A DNA stretch of 64,000 bases from an uncultured Pelagibacteraceae bacterium (GTDB lineage: Bacteria; Pseudomonadota; Alphaproteobacteria; Pelagibacterales; Pelagibacteraceae). The stretch lies in contig CACPID010000001.1 of NCBI GenBank assembly GCA_902633965.1, positions 11,845 through 75,844 on the forward strand. The letters are read 5' to 3'. Below the pieces are notes generated by a model that saw only the letters and a list, made by a program, of their open reading frames with translations, was not told the DNA's origin and did not search any database. The translations under genes were made by a program, and so were the position numbers. Within the stretch, counting starts at the first letter, position 1. Each line of letters opens with the position of its first letter. This document shows positions 30,747-41,421 of this stretch, in pieces.

Positions 30747-31310
30747 ATGATTCCTATTAAAAATAAAAAAAAATCTCTAGAGGTTACTGTAGAAGAAATG
30801 CGTAATTTTTCATTAATTTATATAGAGAAATATGCACCCTCAAAACAACAATTAAAAACATATTTATTGAAAAAATATTTAAAAACTAAAATACCAAGTG
30901 TAAATAAAAAAAATATAAGTGATTTAATAGATGTTGTCCTTGAAGATCTAGAGAAATCACAGTTTATAAATGATAAATTTTATTCAAAATCAAAAGCTAA
31001 AAGTTTAATTAGAAAAGGGAGTTCAATTAATAAAATTCGGAATTATCTTTTTTCAAAAGGAATTAATGATAAATATATCAAAGATACCATAGAGGAAATC
31101 CAAGACAATAACGAGGATCAGGATTTTTTTTCTGCGATCAAGGTTTGTAAGAAAAAGAGAATTGGACCGGCAAGAGTAGAAAGTAATAGGCCATTGTTTT
31201 ATAAAAAAGATATATCCGTTCTTGCAAGAGCAGGTTTTGACTTTGAAATATCCAAAAAAGTAATGGATTTGACAGAAGATGAATATTCCAAAATAATTAA
31301 TCTACTTTGA
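30747..31310 (+). CDS. recX: RecX family regulatory protein
   Basis: INDKFY...L..KG, KKKRIGP and LARAGF. Confidence 0.75.
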   Translation: MIPIKNKKKSLEVTVEEMRNFSLIYIEKYAPSKQQLKTYLLKKYLKTKIPSVNKKNISDLIDVVLEDLEKSQFINDKFYSKSKAKSLIRKGSSINKIRNYLFSKGINDKYIKDTIEEIQDNNEDQDFFSAIKVCKKKRIGPARVESNRPLFYKKDISVLARAGFDFEISKKVMDLTEDEYSKIINLL

Positions 31311-31314
31311 CAAA

Positions 31315-31818
31315 TTATAACTTTCTGTCTTTGATGTGATTTTGCCCGTCATTTACTCTAACATTTAATTCAAATAAATCTTTAGGGCTTATCCCATCTA
31401 AGCAACCTACATTAATTCCAAAAGTATTTGGATCACTTCTTCTTTGATTATGAGTATTTATACCACAAGTATTACAAAAAAAATGTTTAGCAACATTTGT
31501 ATTAAATTGATAAAATTTTAATTGATTTTCACCTTTTAGAATTTTTAGATTATTTTTTGGAATAACAGCAGTTATAGCACCCTTTCTTTTACAGATTGAG
31601 CAATTGCATCTGTAAAGATTGTTCAATCCATCTACTAGCTTAACATCAATTTCAATTTTATTACAATGACAAGTCAGTTTATAATTAATATTATTTTTAA
31701 CGTTTAAATAATAATTTAATTTATTTTTGATATAATTTTTTACAAAAACGAAAACCAGTAGTCCAAAAATAGATACTGATACAATTATAATTAATATTGT
31801 TCTTAATTGCTCACTCAT
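31315..31818 (-). CDS. GFA family protein with N-terminal membrane anchor
   Basis: TCHC, RCNCSIC and HFFCNTCG, preceded by a hydrophobic helix. Confidence 0.82.
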   Translation of the reverse strand: MSEQLRTILIIIVSVSIFGLLVFVFVKNYIKNKLNYYLNVKNNINYKLTCHCNKIEIDVKLVDGLNNLYRCNCSICKRKGAITAVIPKNNLKILKGENQLKFYQFNTNVAKHFFCNTCGINTHNQRRSDPNTFGINVGCLDGISPKDLFELNVRVNDGQNHIKDRKL

Positions 31819-32591
31819 TATAAATTTTCAGATCTCCGCAAAATAAGCCCTGGATTTTTAAAATCTTTTTTACCATATAAAATTTCTTTACCATCGTGAT
31901 CAGTTACAATCCCACCAGCATTTGCTAGAATTGCATGTCCTGCAGCAATATCCCATTCAGACGCTCTAGGCTCAGCAACATATAAATCATATTCGCCGGT
32001 TGCGATAACACAAAATTTAAGAGAGCTTTTCATTCTAACATGTTCAGTTACCCCAAATTTTTTATGTATTTTAGATATCTCAGGTTTTAAATTATTAGAA
32101 TATGCAACAGCTTTTATTACATCTTTAGGATTTTTTTTTTCACAATGAATTTTCTTTTCTTTTCCATCATAATATTCGTAACTAAAATTTTTTCCAAAAC
32201 TATAAAATAATCTATTTTTTGCAGGAGCAAAAATAATACCCATTACAGACTTTTTATTAATTATCAGTCCTGCATTTAATGTAAACTCTTCACCATTATT
32301 TATATAATCATAAGTTCCGTCGATTGGGTCAATTAACCAAAAATCATTTAAATTTAAATTTTTTTTATTATGCGAACTTTCTTCTGACACGATAGGTATA
32401 TCTGGTGTAAGTTTTGATATTTTTTCAACTAAAATTTTATTTACTTCCAAATCACCGTTTGTGACAGGTGTACTGTCTTTTTTTAATTCCTCAGTCAAAC
32501 CCTCTTTTCTGAGATCTAGACATAACTTTCCCGCAGAAAGGAAAGTTTCAATTAGCTCGTAGTTTATTTTTTTAAATTTTTCTTGATCCAT
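31818..32591 (-). CDS. cysQ: 3'(2'),5'-bisphosphate nucleotidase CysQ
   Basis: PVTNGD, SEE, WLIDPIDGT, SSLKFC and EWDIAAG. Confidence 0.88.
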   Translation of the reverse strand: MDQEKFKKINYELIETFLSAGKLCLDLRKEGLTEELKKDSTPVTNGDLEVNKILVEKISKLTPDIPIVSEESSHNKKNLNLNDFWLIDPIDGTYDYINNGEEFTLNAGLIINKKSVMGIIFAPAKNRLFYSFGKNFSYEYYDGKEKKIHCEKKNPKDVIKAVAYSNNLKPEISKIHKKFGVTEHVRMKSSLKFCVIATGEYDLYVAEPRASEWDIAAGHAILANAGGIVTDHDGKEILYGKKDFKNPGLILRRSENL

Positions 32592-32754
32592 TTACTTTTT
32601 CTAATTGAATGTGATTTGCATTGATTACTTTTTTACCAGCATTTTCAAAATTTACGGTTACCTTTCCATTTATTATTGATTGAACTTGTCCTATTCCCCA
32701 ATCTTTATTATTGGGATGTATCACTTTTTCACCTGGTTCATAATCTAAAATCAT
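32572..32754 (-). CDS. DUF3553 family protein
   Basis: HP...WGIGQVQS...TVNFENAGK. Confidence 0.85.
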   Translation of the reverse strand: MILDYEPGEKVIHPNNKDWGIGQVQSIINGKVTVNFENAGKKVINANHIQLEKVNGSRKI

Positions 32755-32796
32755 TTAATATTATTTATATTAGAAATAAGTATAAATACCATCATT

Positions 32797-33915
32797 ATGA
32801 GTTTAAAAAAAAATTCTTTAGGCATTAATAAAGATCCAAAAGATACAACTGTTGTTGTTGCAATGTCAGGTGGTGTGGATTCATCTACAGTAGCCGGAAT
32901 GATGAAAAAAGAGGGATTTAATGTTATTGGGATTACTTTAAAACTTTATGATGATGGAAAAGAAACTGCACAATCAAAGCAATGTTGCGCAGGTCAGGAC
33001 ATTATGGACGCAAAAAGGGTCGCGAATAAATTAAAAATCAAACATAAAATTTTATATTATCAAAATAAATTTAAGGAAGGCGTTATAGATAACTTTGTTG
33101 ACAGTTATCTAAAAGGAGAAACACCTGTACCATGCATTCAGTGCAATAAAACTGTAAAATTTAACGATTTATTCAATGAAGCAAAAAAATTGAACGCAGA
33201 TACATTAGTGACTGGTCACTATGTAAAAAGTGTCACCGATAATAATATTACCAATATGTATAGAGCAATTGATGAAAATAGGGACCAAAGTTATTTTTTA
33301 TTTAATACTACAAGAGAGCAATTAAACTTTTTACGGTTTCCCTTAGGTGGAATGTTAAAGTCAGAAACAAGAGAGATTGCAAAAAACTTAGAACTTAATG
33401 TTGCTGACAAACCTGATAGTCAAGATATATGTTTTGTACCAAACGGAGATTATGTATCAGTAATCAGTAAATTGAAACCTGACTCTTTTAAAAAAGGAAA
33501 TATTAAGGATAAGAATGGAAAAGTATTAGGTGTTCATGATGGTATAATCAACTTTACTATTGGACAAAGAAGAGGAATTAAAATTGCAGCAGAAGAACCA
33601 TTATACGTTGTAGATATTAATCCTGAACTAAATGAAATAATAGTGGGTACTAGAAAAGATCTTATTAAAAGACATATTTCACTTCGAGATATCAATCTTC
33701 TTTGTGAAAAAAAAGTATTTGAAAATGAAATTTTGGTAAAAATAAGATCCACAGGAAAACTGATTAAGTCAAAACTTATACTTGAAAAAAACGATGCTAA
33801 ATTAGAATTATTAGAAGATGAATATGGAATTTCTCCAGGACAAGCATGTGTATTTTATTTAAAGGATAAATATGGCGACAAAGTCTTAGGAGGTGGGTGG
33901 ATATCTAAGAATTAG
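32797..33915 (+). CDS. mnmA: tRNA 2-thiouridylase MnmA
   Basis: [26 protein letters not shown] and PGQACV. Confidence 0.96.
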   Translation: MSLKKNSLGINKDPKDTTVVVAMSGGVDSSTVAGMMKKEGFNVIGITLKLYDDGKETAQSKQCCAGQDIMDAKRVANKLKIKHKILYYQNKFKEGVIDNFVDSYLKGETPVPCIQCNKTVKFNDLFNEAKKLNADTLVTGHYVKSVTDNNITNMYRAIDENRDQSYFLFNTTREQLNFLRFPLGGMLKSETREIAKNLELNVADKPDSQDICFVPNGDYVSVISKLKPDSFKKGNIKDKNGKVLGVHDGIINFTIGQRRGIKIAAEEPLYVVDINPELNEIIVGTRKDLIKRHISLRDINLLCEKKVFENEILVKIRSTGKLIKSKLILEKNDAKLELLEDEYGISPGQACVFYLKDKYGDKVLGGGWISKN

Positions 33916-34621
33916 TTTTCTTCCACATTAGAAATGTTAATAAATAAAAAGTTATTACACCAATAAAATAATCCCATTCTAACGCATGTTTAAAAGATTT
34001 TAAATTAAAACCTAAAAAATCATCACCCGGTAAACTTATAATAGGAATACTTATTACTGCTACAATGATTAAAAAAGAAACTAAGTATATTTTAATTGAT
34101 AAAATTTTAGGGTTTATAAAATCTACTAATTTGTTTTTGAAAGAGTATAAAGCAGAAACCAAATATGCCTGAGCTGCAATCTCAAATATTATAAATAATA
34201 ACATCACAACTCTTCTAAAAAGCTTATACAAATCATTATCAAACTTAATACCTAAAAAAATTGAATGTAAAACTAAAAATATTGCTGAACCAATTCCAAA
34301 AAATAAAAATTTATTTATATTCTTATGATCACCATTAATATTTTGGATAATAGACTTATTATAAATCCAATATCTAATTAATAAATATGCTGTAAAAAAC
34401 ATTGCTGGTTTAAAAATTAAGTATGTTGGAAAAACTCTTGCAGTTCTGCTAATTGATGCACCTCCGTCAAGATAAGGAAAATAAAAACCAACTAAAACAT
34501 CTTCTCTATTTGGGAAAAGATCATGAAAATTTGTAATAATTATTAAACAAGCATTTACAGCAATTAGAGGGACAATAAAAATCCAAACACTTATGGATTT
34601 TACCTTTTGAATACTATCCAT
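33905..34621 (-). CDS. Hypothetical polytopic membrane protein
   Basis: About six hydrophobic segments; [14 protein letters not shown] and ALEW. Confidence 0.65.
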   Translation of the reverse strand: MDSIQKVKSISVWIFIVPLIAVNACLIIITNFHDLFPNREDVLVGFYFPYLDGGASISRTARVFPTYLIFKPAMFFTAYLLIRYWIYNKSIIQNINGDHKNINKFLFFGIGSAIFLVLHSIFLGIKFDNDLYKLFRRVVMLLFIIFEIAAQAYLVSALYSFKNKLVDFINPKILSIKIYLVSFLIIVAVISIPIISLPGDDFLGFNLKSFKHALEWDYFIGVITFYLLTFLMWKKTNS

Positions 34622-34632
34622 TTTGAGCTAGA

Positions 34633-34716
34633 TTACTTTTTCTTATTTTTTTTTCTTGCTCTTCTCTTCTTTGAGCCCATTTTTCTTCGGCCTCTATGCT
34701 TCTTGGGATATCCCAT
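34633..34716 (-). CDS. 27-aa highly basic microprotein MGYPKKHRGRRKMGSKKRRARKKNKKK
   Basis: Manual translation; SD-like GAGGT directly upstream of the ATG; fits the intergenic gap. Confidence 0.65.
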   Translation of the reverse strand: MGYPKKHRGRRKMGSKKRRARKKNKKK

Positions 34717-34791
34717 AATTACCTCAATTTTAATATTTTATTGACTTATTTGATGGATATAGCATTGTCGTCAAAACATATCAATTTTTTT

Positions 34792-35967
34792 ATGGATAAA
34801 TCTTTTAAAACGTTTTTAAAACATACCGCAAAAGATTTTCACAACCATTCAGTAAATCCTCCAGTAGTTAGAGCTTCTACAATAATTTTTAAATCGATGA
34901 ATGATATAAGAAGAACTCAAGCAAAATATAAAAGAGATCCAAGAGGAGGATATTTTGATTACGGTCGACAAGGAACCTCTACCACACATATACTATCAAA
35001 AATATTAACAAGACTTGAGGACTCTTATCATGTATTTTTAACTCCAACTGGTTTTGGAGCGGTCTTTTTAGCTATATTTAGCATTGTAAGACCAGGTGAT
35101 GAAATTTTAACAGCAGATCCAGTTTATAATCCTACAAGAATGCTTACTCAGGATTATCTTACAGAATTTGGAGTAAAAACCACCTTTTACAACCCACATG
35201 ATTTAAATTCCATCAAAAAGAATATAACTAAAAAAACAAAATTAATTTTTGTCGAAAATCCGGGAAGCAATACATTTGAATTTCAAGATTTATCAAAAAT
35301 TATTAGCATTGCAAAAAAATATAAAATTTTAACTGCAATTGATAATACTTGGGCAACACCATACTTTTTTAAACCAATCAAATTAGGATTTGATATGGCA
35401 ATTGTATCTGCTACAAAATATTATTCCGGACACTCTGATGTTATGGGTGGAAGTTTAGCTGTGAATAAAAAAGTTTTTAAACATGTTGAAAAGGCCCAAA
35501 AAATTACAGGTTTGAGATTAGGACCTGATGATGCATATCTTATTACAAGAGGATTAAGAACACTTGATGTTAGATTAGATAAGCATGAGGAGAATGCAAA
35601 AAAAGTTGCAGCATTTTTATCTAAAAATAAAAAAATTAAACTTCTGTATCCTTACAAAAAAGGTTCATTTAATTATAAAATGTGGAAAAAATATTACTCA
35701 GGAGCCTCCGGTTTAATGGGTATTAAAATAAAAACTAAGAATAAAAATTCAGTAATTAAATTTGTAAACTCTTTAAAATTATTTGGCTATGGATATAGCT
35801 GGGGTGGTTTTGAGAGTCTTGCTTTACATCAAGGAAAATCTGAAAGAGGCAATAGAAAATATTTAAATTTAGATAATGATGAGAGATTAGTAAGATTACA
35901 TATAGGACTTGAGGACCCAAAAGATTTGATTGAAGATTTAAGGAAATCCCTTAAATTCGTCAGATGA
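34792..35967 (+). CDS. metC: Cystathionine beta-lyase
   Basis: VNPPVVRAST, YGRQG, ENPGS, DNTW, SATKYYSGHSD (PLP lysine) and SWGGFES; start MDKSF. Confidence 0.88.
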   Translation: MDKSFKTFLKHTAKDFHNHSVNPPVVRASTIIFKSMNDIRRTQAKYKRDPRGGYFDYGRQGTSTTHILSKILTRLEDSYHVFLTPTGFGAVFLAIFSIVRPGDEILTADPVYNPTRMLTQDYLTEFGVKTTFYNPHDLNSIKKNITKKTKLIFVENPGSNTFEFQDLSKIISIAKKYKILTAIDNTWATPYFFKPIKLGFDMAIVSATKYYSGHSDVMGGSLAVNKKVFKHVEKAQKITGLRLGPDDAYLITRGLRTLDVRLDKHEENAKKVAAFLSKNKKIKLLYPYKKGSFNYKMWKKYYSGASGLMGIKIKTKNKNSVIKFVNSLKLFGYGYSWGGFESLALHQGKSERGNRKYLNLDNDERLVRLHIGLEDPKDLIEDLRKSLKFVR

Positions 35968-37184
35968 CAACTGAAAAGTTCATTAGAAACAATACTGCCT
36001 TAATAACTTTAATAGCTGCATGTCTTGTTGTTCTAATTTCACTTAGTGTAAGACAGGTATTTGGGATGTTTTTCATGGATTTTAATACAGATCTAGGAAT
36101 AACAAATACCGAATTTGGTTTAGCAATTGGTATTCAAATGTTAGGTTGGGGTCTTTCTGGTCCAATATTTGGCGCTATCGCTGACAAGTACGGAGGACAC
36201 AAGGCTATAAGTTTAGCATTCTTATTTTATATTTTGGGGATATATTTTTTATTTGCTGGACCAAACACAGGTATTTATTTTCAAATGAGTTTGGGTGTGT
36301 TGATTGGGATTGGATGCGGTGGTACCGCAATAAGTATACCAATGTCGGTTGTTGGAAAACATTTTCCTTTGTCAAATAGAACAATTGCAATGAGCATTGT
36401 TACAGCCGTTGGTTCATTTGGATATTTTATCTCCCCACTTTTTACAAATTATTCTTTAGAGAATAATGGCTGGGTTCAGACTTTAATTTACTTTATGATA
36501 TTCTTAATTGTAGGTTTGATCGTAGCATTTTTTGTAAGGTCTCCAAATTTAAGTGAGTCTTTAGAAAAACCTACTGACCAAAATACTTTAAGCGCACTAA
36601 AAGAGGCATTTCAAACTAAAAGTTATGTATTACTTGTAGCTGGGTTTTTTGTATGTGGATTTCATATTACTTTAGTCGGAACCCACGTTCCAAAATATGT
36701 AATTGATAGAGGTTTAGATGATTGGACTGCAGCAATGATCTTATCTTTAATAGGTTTATTTAATATATTTGGATCACTTTTAAGTGGATATCTTTCGACT
36801 AAAATGAGTAAAAAAATAATTTTAAGTGCAATTTATTTATTAAGAGGTGTATCTATCTGTTTATTTATATTTACCCCACCAAGTACCATAAGCTCAATAA
36901 TTTTTGGAGCTAGTTTTGGCTTTTTATGGCTATCAACTGTTCCAGCGACAAGCGGAATAGTGGCTCATATATTTGGAACAAAGTATTTAGGATTATTATA
37001 CGGATTGGTTTTCCTTAGCCATCAAATTGGTTCTTTTTTTGGAGCTTATCTTGGTGGTTTATTTTATGATTTATACGGATCTTATGACTATGCGTGGTAT
37101 TTGGCAATTGCATTGTCTATATTTGCTGGTTTAATACATTTACCAATAAAAGAGCAACCAGTTGAAAGATTACAAAAAGCATAA
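35964..37184 (+). CDS. MFS transporter
   Basis: GAIADKYG, FFVCGFH and SHQIGSFFG; about 12 TM segments. Confidence 0.9.
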   Translation: MTTEKFIRNNTALITLIAACLVVLISLSVRQVFGMFFMDFNTDLGITNTEFGLAIGIQMLGWGLSGPIFGAIADKYGGHKAISLAFLFYILGIYFLFAGPNTGIYFQMSLGVLIGIGCGGTAISIPMSVVGKHFPLSNRTIAMSIVTAVGSFGYFISPLFTNYSLENNGWVQTLIYFMIFLIVGLIVAFFVRSPNLSESLEKPTDQNTLSALKEAFQTKSYVLLVAGFFVCGFHITLVGTHVPKYVIDRGLDDWTAAMILSLIGLFNIFGSLLSGYLSTKMSKKIILSAIYLLRGVSICLFIFTPPSTISSIIFGASFGFLWLSTVPATSGIVAHIFGTKYLGLLYGLVFLSHQIGSFFGAYLGGLFYDLYGSYDYAWYLAIALSIFAGLIHLPIKEQPVERLQKA

Positions 37185-38376
37185 ACTAAAATTTAGTCCA
37201 TACTTAGAAAGACTTTATCAGTCTGATAAAGCACTTATTATTTATAAAGTTGATGGCGGTTATAATATTTATACGGATTTTTCGAAAAAAATTATTTTAA
37301 ATAATAATAACATTAATAATTTTTTAAATAGTTTTAATAAAAAGCGACCATGCAAAGAAACTGATCTATATATTGGTTTTTTTGGATATGAGATTTTATG
37401 TAATCTATTAAATATAAAAATAAAAAACCAAAAAAGGATTAATTTTTACAAAGGTATATTTTATAAACCAGAAACTATAATCAAAATAAGAAAAGACATA
37501 AAAATTATTTCAAGAGTTAAAAAATTTAAATTTAAAAATTCATTTCATGACACACAAATACTGTCATCTTTTAAACTGAATATTGATTACAAAAAATATA
37601 ATAAAATATTTAATATTTTCTCTAAAAAAATAAGACAGGGTGAAACTTATCAAATAAAAATATGCACAAAGTATAAAAATAAATCGAAAATAAACCCTGT
37701 TAATTTTTTTTGGAAATTAATGAAAGTAAATGCAGCTCCAGAGTCATTTATGATTAGAGATAAAGATTATTCTATTGTTAGTTGTTCGCCAGAAACATTG
37801 ATAAATAAATCTAACAGTAAAATTATTACAAAACCAATAGCAGGCACTTTAAAAAAATTAAACAAAATAAATATTAATAAAGCATTAAAATTCTTTAAAA
37901 ATAACAATAAAGAAACAAAAGAACATAATATGATTGTTGATATGGAAAGAAATGATCTTTCAAGAGTATGCAAACCAGGCTCTGTCAAAATTTTAAGGGA
38001 AAAATTTGTTGAGGAATATAAACATCTTTTTCATTATGTTACATCAATACAAGGAACACTTAAAAAAAATATTACAATTAAAGAAATTATAAAATCAATG
38101 ATGCCAGGTGGTTCAGTTATCGGATGCCCAAAAATTAGAACGCTTGAACTTTTAAATAATCAGGAAAAAGAAGATAGAAATATTTTTACTGGGAGTTTTG
38201 GATACATAAAATTTAATCAAGATATGAGATTTAATATAATTATAAGATCAATTTTAAATTTTAAGAAAATTTCCGAAATATCTGCAGCCTCTGGCGTGGT
38301 TTTAGATAGTAATTCAAAGAAAGAGTTTAATGAAAACTTCTTAAAAGCAAAATCTTTGTTGGAGCTGTACAAATGA
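37162..38376 (+). CDS. pabB: Aminodeoxychorismate synthase component I (PabB/TrpE family)
   Basis: GETYQ, SPE, KPIAGT, EHNMIVDMERND and GCPK; followed by a GATase and a class IV PLP enzyme. Confidence 0.78.
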   Translation: MKDYKKHKLKFSPYLERLYQSDKALIIYKVDGGYNIYTDFSKKIILNNNNINNFLNSFNKKRPCKETDLYIGFFGYEILCNLLNIKIKNQKRINFYKGIFYKPETIIKIRKDIKIISRVKKFKFKNSFHDTQILSSFKLNIDYKKYNKIFNIFSKKIRQGETYQIKICTKYKNKSKINPVNFFWKLMKVNAAPESFMIRDKDYSIVSCSPETLINKSNSKIITKPIAGTLKKLNKININKALKFFKNNNKETKEHNMIVDMERNDLSRVCKPGSVKILREKFVEEYKHLFHYVTSIQGTLKKNITIKEIIKSMMPGGSVIGCPKIRTLELLNNQEKEDRNIFTGSFGYIKFNQDMRFNIIIRSILNFKKISEISAASGVVLDSNSKKEFNENFLKAKSLLELYK

Positions 38377-38930
38377 TCTATATTATTGACCACAAAGACT
38401 CTTTTACTTGGAATGTGGTTCATCAATTTTCAAAATTTGATGAGGTTTATTGTTCTAACTTTGACGAAATAAATGAAAATAAAATTAGAGAAAGTAATAC
38501 TATAGTTCTATCACCTGGTCCAGGTTCCCCTAAGGATTATCCAAAGACAGCAAAAATATATAAAAAATATAAAAACAAAAAAAAAATAATTGGAATATGT
38601 TTGGGGTATCAACAAATATTGTTTTGTGAAAAAGGTAAGATTGTTCAACAAAAGAGAATTTATCACGGATATCAATCAAAAATAAAAATCACATCACAAA
38701 GTAAATTATTTAAAAAAAATAAAACTTTTTTTGTTGGCAGGTATCATTCTCTTAAATTATATGAGCCTTATAGTTCAAAAGATATTAAAATAACAATGAG
38801 ATGTTCAAAAACAAATATAGCAATGGGTTTTGAGGATATTAAAAATAATATATTTGGATTTCAATTTCACCCAGAATCTTTTTTAACAAAAAATGGCGAC
38901 ACTATTATTAAAAAAATCCTATCTAATTAA
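38373..38930 (+). CDS. pabA: Glutamine amidotransferase component II (PabA/TrpG)
   Basis: IDHKDSFT, SPGPGSP, GICLG, RYHSL and QFHPES. Confidence 0.85.
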   Translation: MIYIIDHKDSFTWNVVHQFSKFDEVYCSNFDEINENKIRESNTIVLSPGPGSPKDYPKTAKIYKKYKNKKKIIGICLGYQQILFCEKGKIVQQKRIYHGYQSKIKITSQSKLFKKNKTFFVGRYHSLKLYEPYSSKDIKITMRCSKTNIAMGFEDIKNNIFGFQFHPESFLTKNGDTIIKKILSN

Positions 38931-39648
38931 AGATCTAAAAGAAATAAAATTTAAAGATCTTTGGAATGATTATGGTGTTTTCACAACTATGCGAGTTGTG
39001 GGTAAAAATAAAAAAATTCTTTTTTTTAAAGAGCATATTGAAAATTTAATAAGATCATTAAAAATTTATGGATTAAATAAAAAAAATTTGAAAACAAATA
39101 TTTTTAAAATTATTAGAGTTAATTTATCTAAAAATCTTAATTATAATCACCTTTTAAGAGTAGCAATAAATAAAAAAATTATTTCAATATCACTAAGAAA
39201 AAGAAACAAACCTAAATTAAATTTTAAATTAAAATTGTTAAATTACAAAAGAATAGATCCAAGTTATAAAAATCTTAAGTACAAAAAGATATTAAGTTAT
39301 TTAAAAAAGTTTGATAATACAGAGTATGATGTAGCCCTTCACAAGAATAAAAAATTTTTAGAGACAGGTACCTCTAATTTATTATTTATTCAAAATAACA
39401 AAGTATACTCACCTAAAAATAATTTTTACAGTGGTATTACATTTAAATTTTTTCGTAAAAAAATTAAAATTAATTTAAGAGACATCTATTTAAAAAATAT
39501 CAATAGCTTTGACGAAATCCTTTTAATAGGATCTGGTAAAGCAGTAACATCAGTATTTAGAATAGATGAATTGAAATGGAAAAGAAAAGGTCTAAATTTT
39601 TTTAACAAATTAAACAAAATTTATCAAAAAAAAATTAATTATGCGTGA
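38893..39648 (+). CDS. pabC: Class IV aminotransferase-fold protein, probable ADC lyase
   Basis: GVFTTMR, EH..L, NLKY, ETGTSNL and GIT; operon context. Confidence 0.65.
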   Translation: MATLLLKKSYLIKDLKEIKFKDLWNDYGVFTTMRVVGKNKKILFFKEHIENLIRSLKIYGLNKKNLKTNIFKIIRVNLSKNLNYNHLLRVAINKKIISISLRKRNKPKLNFKLKLLNYKRIDPSYKNLKYKKILSYLKKFDNTEYDVALHKNKKFLETGTSNLLFIQNNKVYSPKNNFYSGITFKFFRKKIKINLRDIYLKNINSFDEILLIGSGKAVTSVFRIDELKWKRKGLNFFNKLNKIYQKKINYA

Positions 39649-40039
39649 TCCAAATAACCCTTGTTTGTTTTGTAATATCAATAGTAAAGATTTAGTATTT
39701 GATAATGAATTAGCCTTTGCAAGTTTTGATAGTTATCCCGTTTCAAAATATCATTCTCTAATAGTTCCTAAAAGACACATCTTAGATTATTTCGAACTTA
39801 CTAATGATGAACTGCTAGCATGCAATGATCTTATAAAAAAAATTAAAAAAAAAATTCAAAACGATGATAAAACAGTTAACGGTTTCAATATTGGTACAAA
39901 CTCAGGGGTAGCAGCTGGACAATCTATAATGCATTGTCATATACACTTGATTCCAAGAAGAAAAGGTGATGTAGACAATCCACAGGGTGGAGTTAGGGGC
40001 GTAATACCATCAAAACAGCACTATATTAGAAAAAAGTAA
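39641..40039 (+). CDS. HIT family nucleotide hydrolase
   Basis: CLFC, HSLIVPKRH and AGQSIMHCHIHLIPR. Confidence 0.92.
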   Translation: MRDPNNPCLFCNINSKDLVFDNELAFASFDSYPVSKYHSLIVPKRHILDYFELTNDELLACNDLIKKIKKKIQNDDKTVNGFNIGTNSGVAAGQSIMHCHIHLIPRRKGDVDNPQGGVRGVIPSKQHYIRKK

Positions 40040-40125
40040 ATATTTTACTAATATTAACAACCTTAAAATGTGTCTATATCACTGTTGAACTAAAACTTTA
40101 TCTGTATTAGAAAGTTCAAAATATT

Positions 40126-40920
40126 ATGATAACAACAAATCCTTTTTCATTACTTTCAGAAACAATACCATCAATTGCATTACAAGCTTTTGTATTAGTA
40201 ATGGTTGGATTAGTTGCTGCAGGAACAATTTTGGATATCATCCATAAAAAAAATGTAAAATATTTTTTCAATAATGCAAAAAAAGCAAAAAAAAATGCAA
40301 CAAGAGAATTAGGGACTGGTGAAAGAATAGCTATCATCGGAAAAACAATCGTACACGACATTGGAACAACTTCTGAGTTAGGAATGGGTAAAAGAAGAAT
40401 TGCTCATGTGTTAGGAATGTATGGAACAATTTTATTTTGGGCTGGCTCAGCTGTGATGATATTTTGTTATTCATCCGTTAATGCGGAAACACCAATTTTT
40501 TGGCCAGCTATATGGCACTTAGGTGCGTTCATGACTTGTCTTGGTGGTTTTTGGTTTTGGTTTTTTCTAAGAGTTGATGTAGCTGCAGAAGCTCACTCAG
40601 TTTTTAGAATCATTCAAGCAGATTTATTTGTGTTAGCACTTCTGGCGTCTTCACTGTTTGGATTATTGTGGTCATTTTTTCAAGCAAACGGAATGTTTGG
40701 CTGGGACACTTTATTTCTAGTTCTATTCGCTGTTTCAAATATAGTTCTCTTTGGAGGGGTATATTGGTCAAAATTTGCTCACATGTTTTATAAGCCTGGA
40801 GCTGCTATACAAAAAAATTTAGCAGAGGCAGATGGTTCTAGAGATAATCTACCAGCGCCAGCAGATGCTCCAGAACAGTTTGGCTTAGGGATAAAAAGAG
40901 AGCAACCAAAACATTATTAA
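40126..40920 (+). CDS. aprM: APS reductase membrane anchor AprM
   Basis: RRIAHVLGMYG, WFFLRVDV and WSKFAHMFYKPG; immediately upstream of aprB. Confidence 0.88.
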   Translation: MITTNPFSLLSETIPSIALQAFVLVMVGLVAAGTILDIIHKKNVKYFFNNAKKAKKNATRELGTGERIAIIGKTIVHDIGTTSELGMGKRRIAHVLGMYGTILFWAGSAVMIFCYSSVNAETPIFWPAIWHLGAFMTCLGGFWFWFFLRVDVAAEAHSVFRIIQADLFVLALLASSLFGLLWSFFQANGMFGWDTLFLVLFAVSNIVLFGGVYWSKFAHMFYKPGAAIQKNLAEADGSRDNLPAPADAPEQFGLGIKREQPKHY

Positions 40921-40950
40921 TATGATACAATTGAAAGGAAAAAATTAATT

Positions 40951-41421
40951 ATGTCTACTTTTGTTTATATGACTAGATGCGATGGATGCGGGCATTGTGT
41001 AGACATTTGTCCATCAGATATCATGCACATCGATGAGACCATTAGAAGAGCAAAAAATATAGAACCAAATTTCTGTTGGGAATGTTATTCGTGTGTTAAG
41101 GCGTGCCCTAACCATGCAATTGACGTAAGAGGTTATGCAGATTTTGCTCCGATGGGTCATAGTGTTAGAGTAAGAAGAGAGGAAGAAAAAGGAACAATCT
41201 CTTGGAGAATAAAATTTAGAAATGGTACAGAAAAAAACTTCGTATCACCGATCACAACAAAACCTTGGGGAAAATTTATTCCTAAACTTGCAGAAGCAGA
41301 CACGCCCAACCAAGGTGAAATAAACTCTCAAATCCTTTATAATGAACCACACGGTTTAAATACAAATAAAGATTTACCGACTGTAGATAAAAGTAAATTT
41401 AAAAAAGGGGTTTACTATTAA
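40951..41421 (+). CDS. aprB: Adenylylsulfate reductase beta subunit
   Basis: CDGCGHCVDICP, CWECYSCVKAC and VRGYADF. Confidence 0.96.
   Translation: MSTFVYMTRCDGCGHCVDICPSDIMHIDETIRRAKNIEPNFCWECYSCVKACPNHAIDVRGYADFAPMGHSVRVRREEEKGTISWRIKFRNGTEKNFVSPITTKPWGKFIPKLAEADTPNQGEINSQILYNEPHGLNTNKDLPTVDKSKFKKGVYY

Noticed and set aside
34696-34791. N-terminal extension of metC
   Set aside because: It overlaps the divergent basic microprotein and intergenic region; MetC-like sequence begins after 34792.
40086-40119. TTGAACT...AGTTCAA inverted repeat upstream of aprM
   Set aside because: Short arms with a long spacer and no match to a motif I can name; insufficient support.
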